This document shows, piece after piece, positions 36,187 through 36,468 of a stretch of DNA of 36,468 nt; position 1 is the stretch's first letter, and every line of letters starts with the position of its first letter. The translations under genes were made by a program, and so were the position numbers. Source of the DNA: Actinomycetota bacterium (lineage in GTDB: Bacteria; Actinomycetota; Actinomycetes; S36-B12; UBA5976); assembly GCA_947373075.1 (NCBI GenBank), contig CANBWF010000001.1:1-36468 (forward strand). Direction: 5' to 3'. The notes beneath the pieces are model-generated. The model worked only from the letters and a program-made list of their open reading frames with translations, had not been told where the DNA came from and did no database searches.

Positions 36187-36468
36187 TTACCAATACCTTG
36201 GGTACGATTCGTCGCGCGTGAGGTTATTGAATAACAAGGCAACAGCGACTAGTGCTGCTGCACCTAAAAGTGTTGGAAACAAAATTGAGTGCCAGCCTGG
36301 GTCAGTATGCATGTAATGAAAACTCAGGTAGATGATGACTGGGTTCGCGCCCGCTGGTGGGTGTACCACTCCAGCAAGCATCATGATTGCGATGGAGATA
36401 CCCAAAGCAAGCCCAAGACTCCACCAGTGTGCACCTAATAGTTTTGTAACGATCAGTCCGGTTGCGTA
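36187..36468 (-). CDS. HPP-family integral membrane protein, N-terminus beyond the window edge
   Basis: The reverse frame is open to nt 36468 (YATGLIVTKLLGAHWWSLGLALG precedes the tracked Met). Contains the HPPAGANP motif and hydrophobic helices. Confidence 0.7.
   Translation of the reverse strand, partial: YATGLIVTKLLGAHWWSLGLALGISIAIMMLAGVVHPPAGANPVIIYLSFHYMHTDPGWHSILFPTLLGAAALVAVALLFNNLTRDESYPRYW

Overview
This 36.5-kb window has moderately low GC, and almost every gene is on the + strand. The operon style (CUT1 sugar importers without their own ATPase, Ala-rich Sec signal peptides, frequent GTG starts) suggests a monoderm actinobacterium. That taxon call is an inference. The window is dominated by alpha-glucan (starch, glycogen, pullulan, maltodextrin) capture, breakdown and uptake. 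There are three malF-malG permease pairs, two malE-like binding proteins, a cytoplasmic GH13 enzyme, a secreted GH13 alpha-amylase and a secreted type I pullulanase. There are also five large secreted non-catalytic proteins built from pullulanase-associated (PUD/CBM41-like) modules; three of them also carry IPT/TIG-like Ig repeats. A five-gene cassette (CBM41-IPT surface protein, multi-CBM41 accessory protein, malE, malF, malG) occurs twice, at 10194-18141 and 24058-31975. Each copy sits behind a different triple array of operator-like palindromes. Conserved-position hairpins follow the surface-protein gene and fill the malE-malF gap. Between the cassettes lie a tRNA-Thr(CGU), an unusually GC-rich and internally repeated hairpin-rich segment, a MarR-family regulator and an SGNH-type hydrolase. 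The 3' end holds a large fusion protein containing a pyruvyl-transferase domain, an L,D-transpeptidase, a CHAD protein and a partial HPP membrane protein. I saw no transposase, integrase, CRISPR array or rRNA. The most interesting candidate is the duplicated surface glucan-capture plus MalEFG module, which has no recognisable anchor. All domain calls come from motif recognition by eye and need profile searches.
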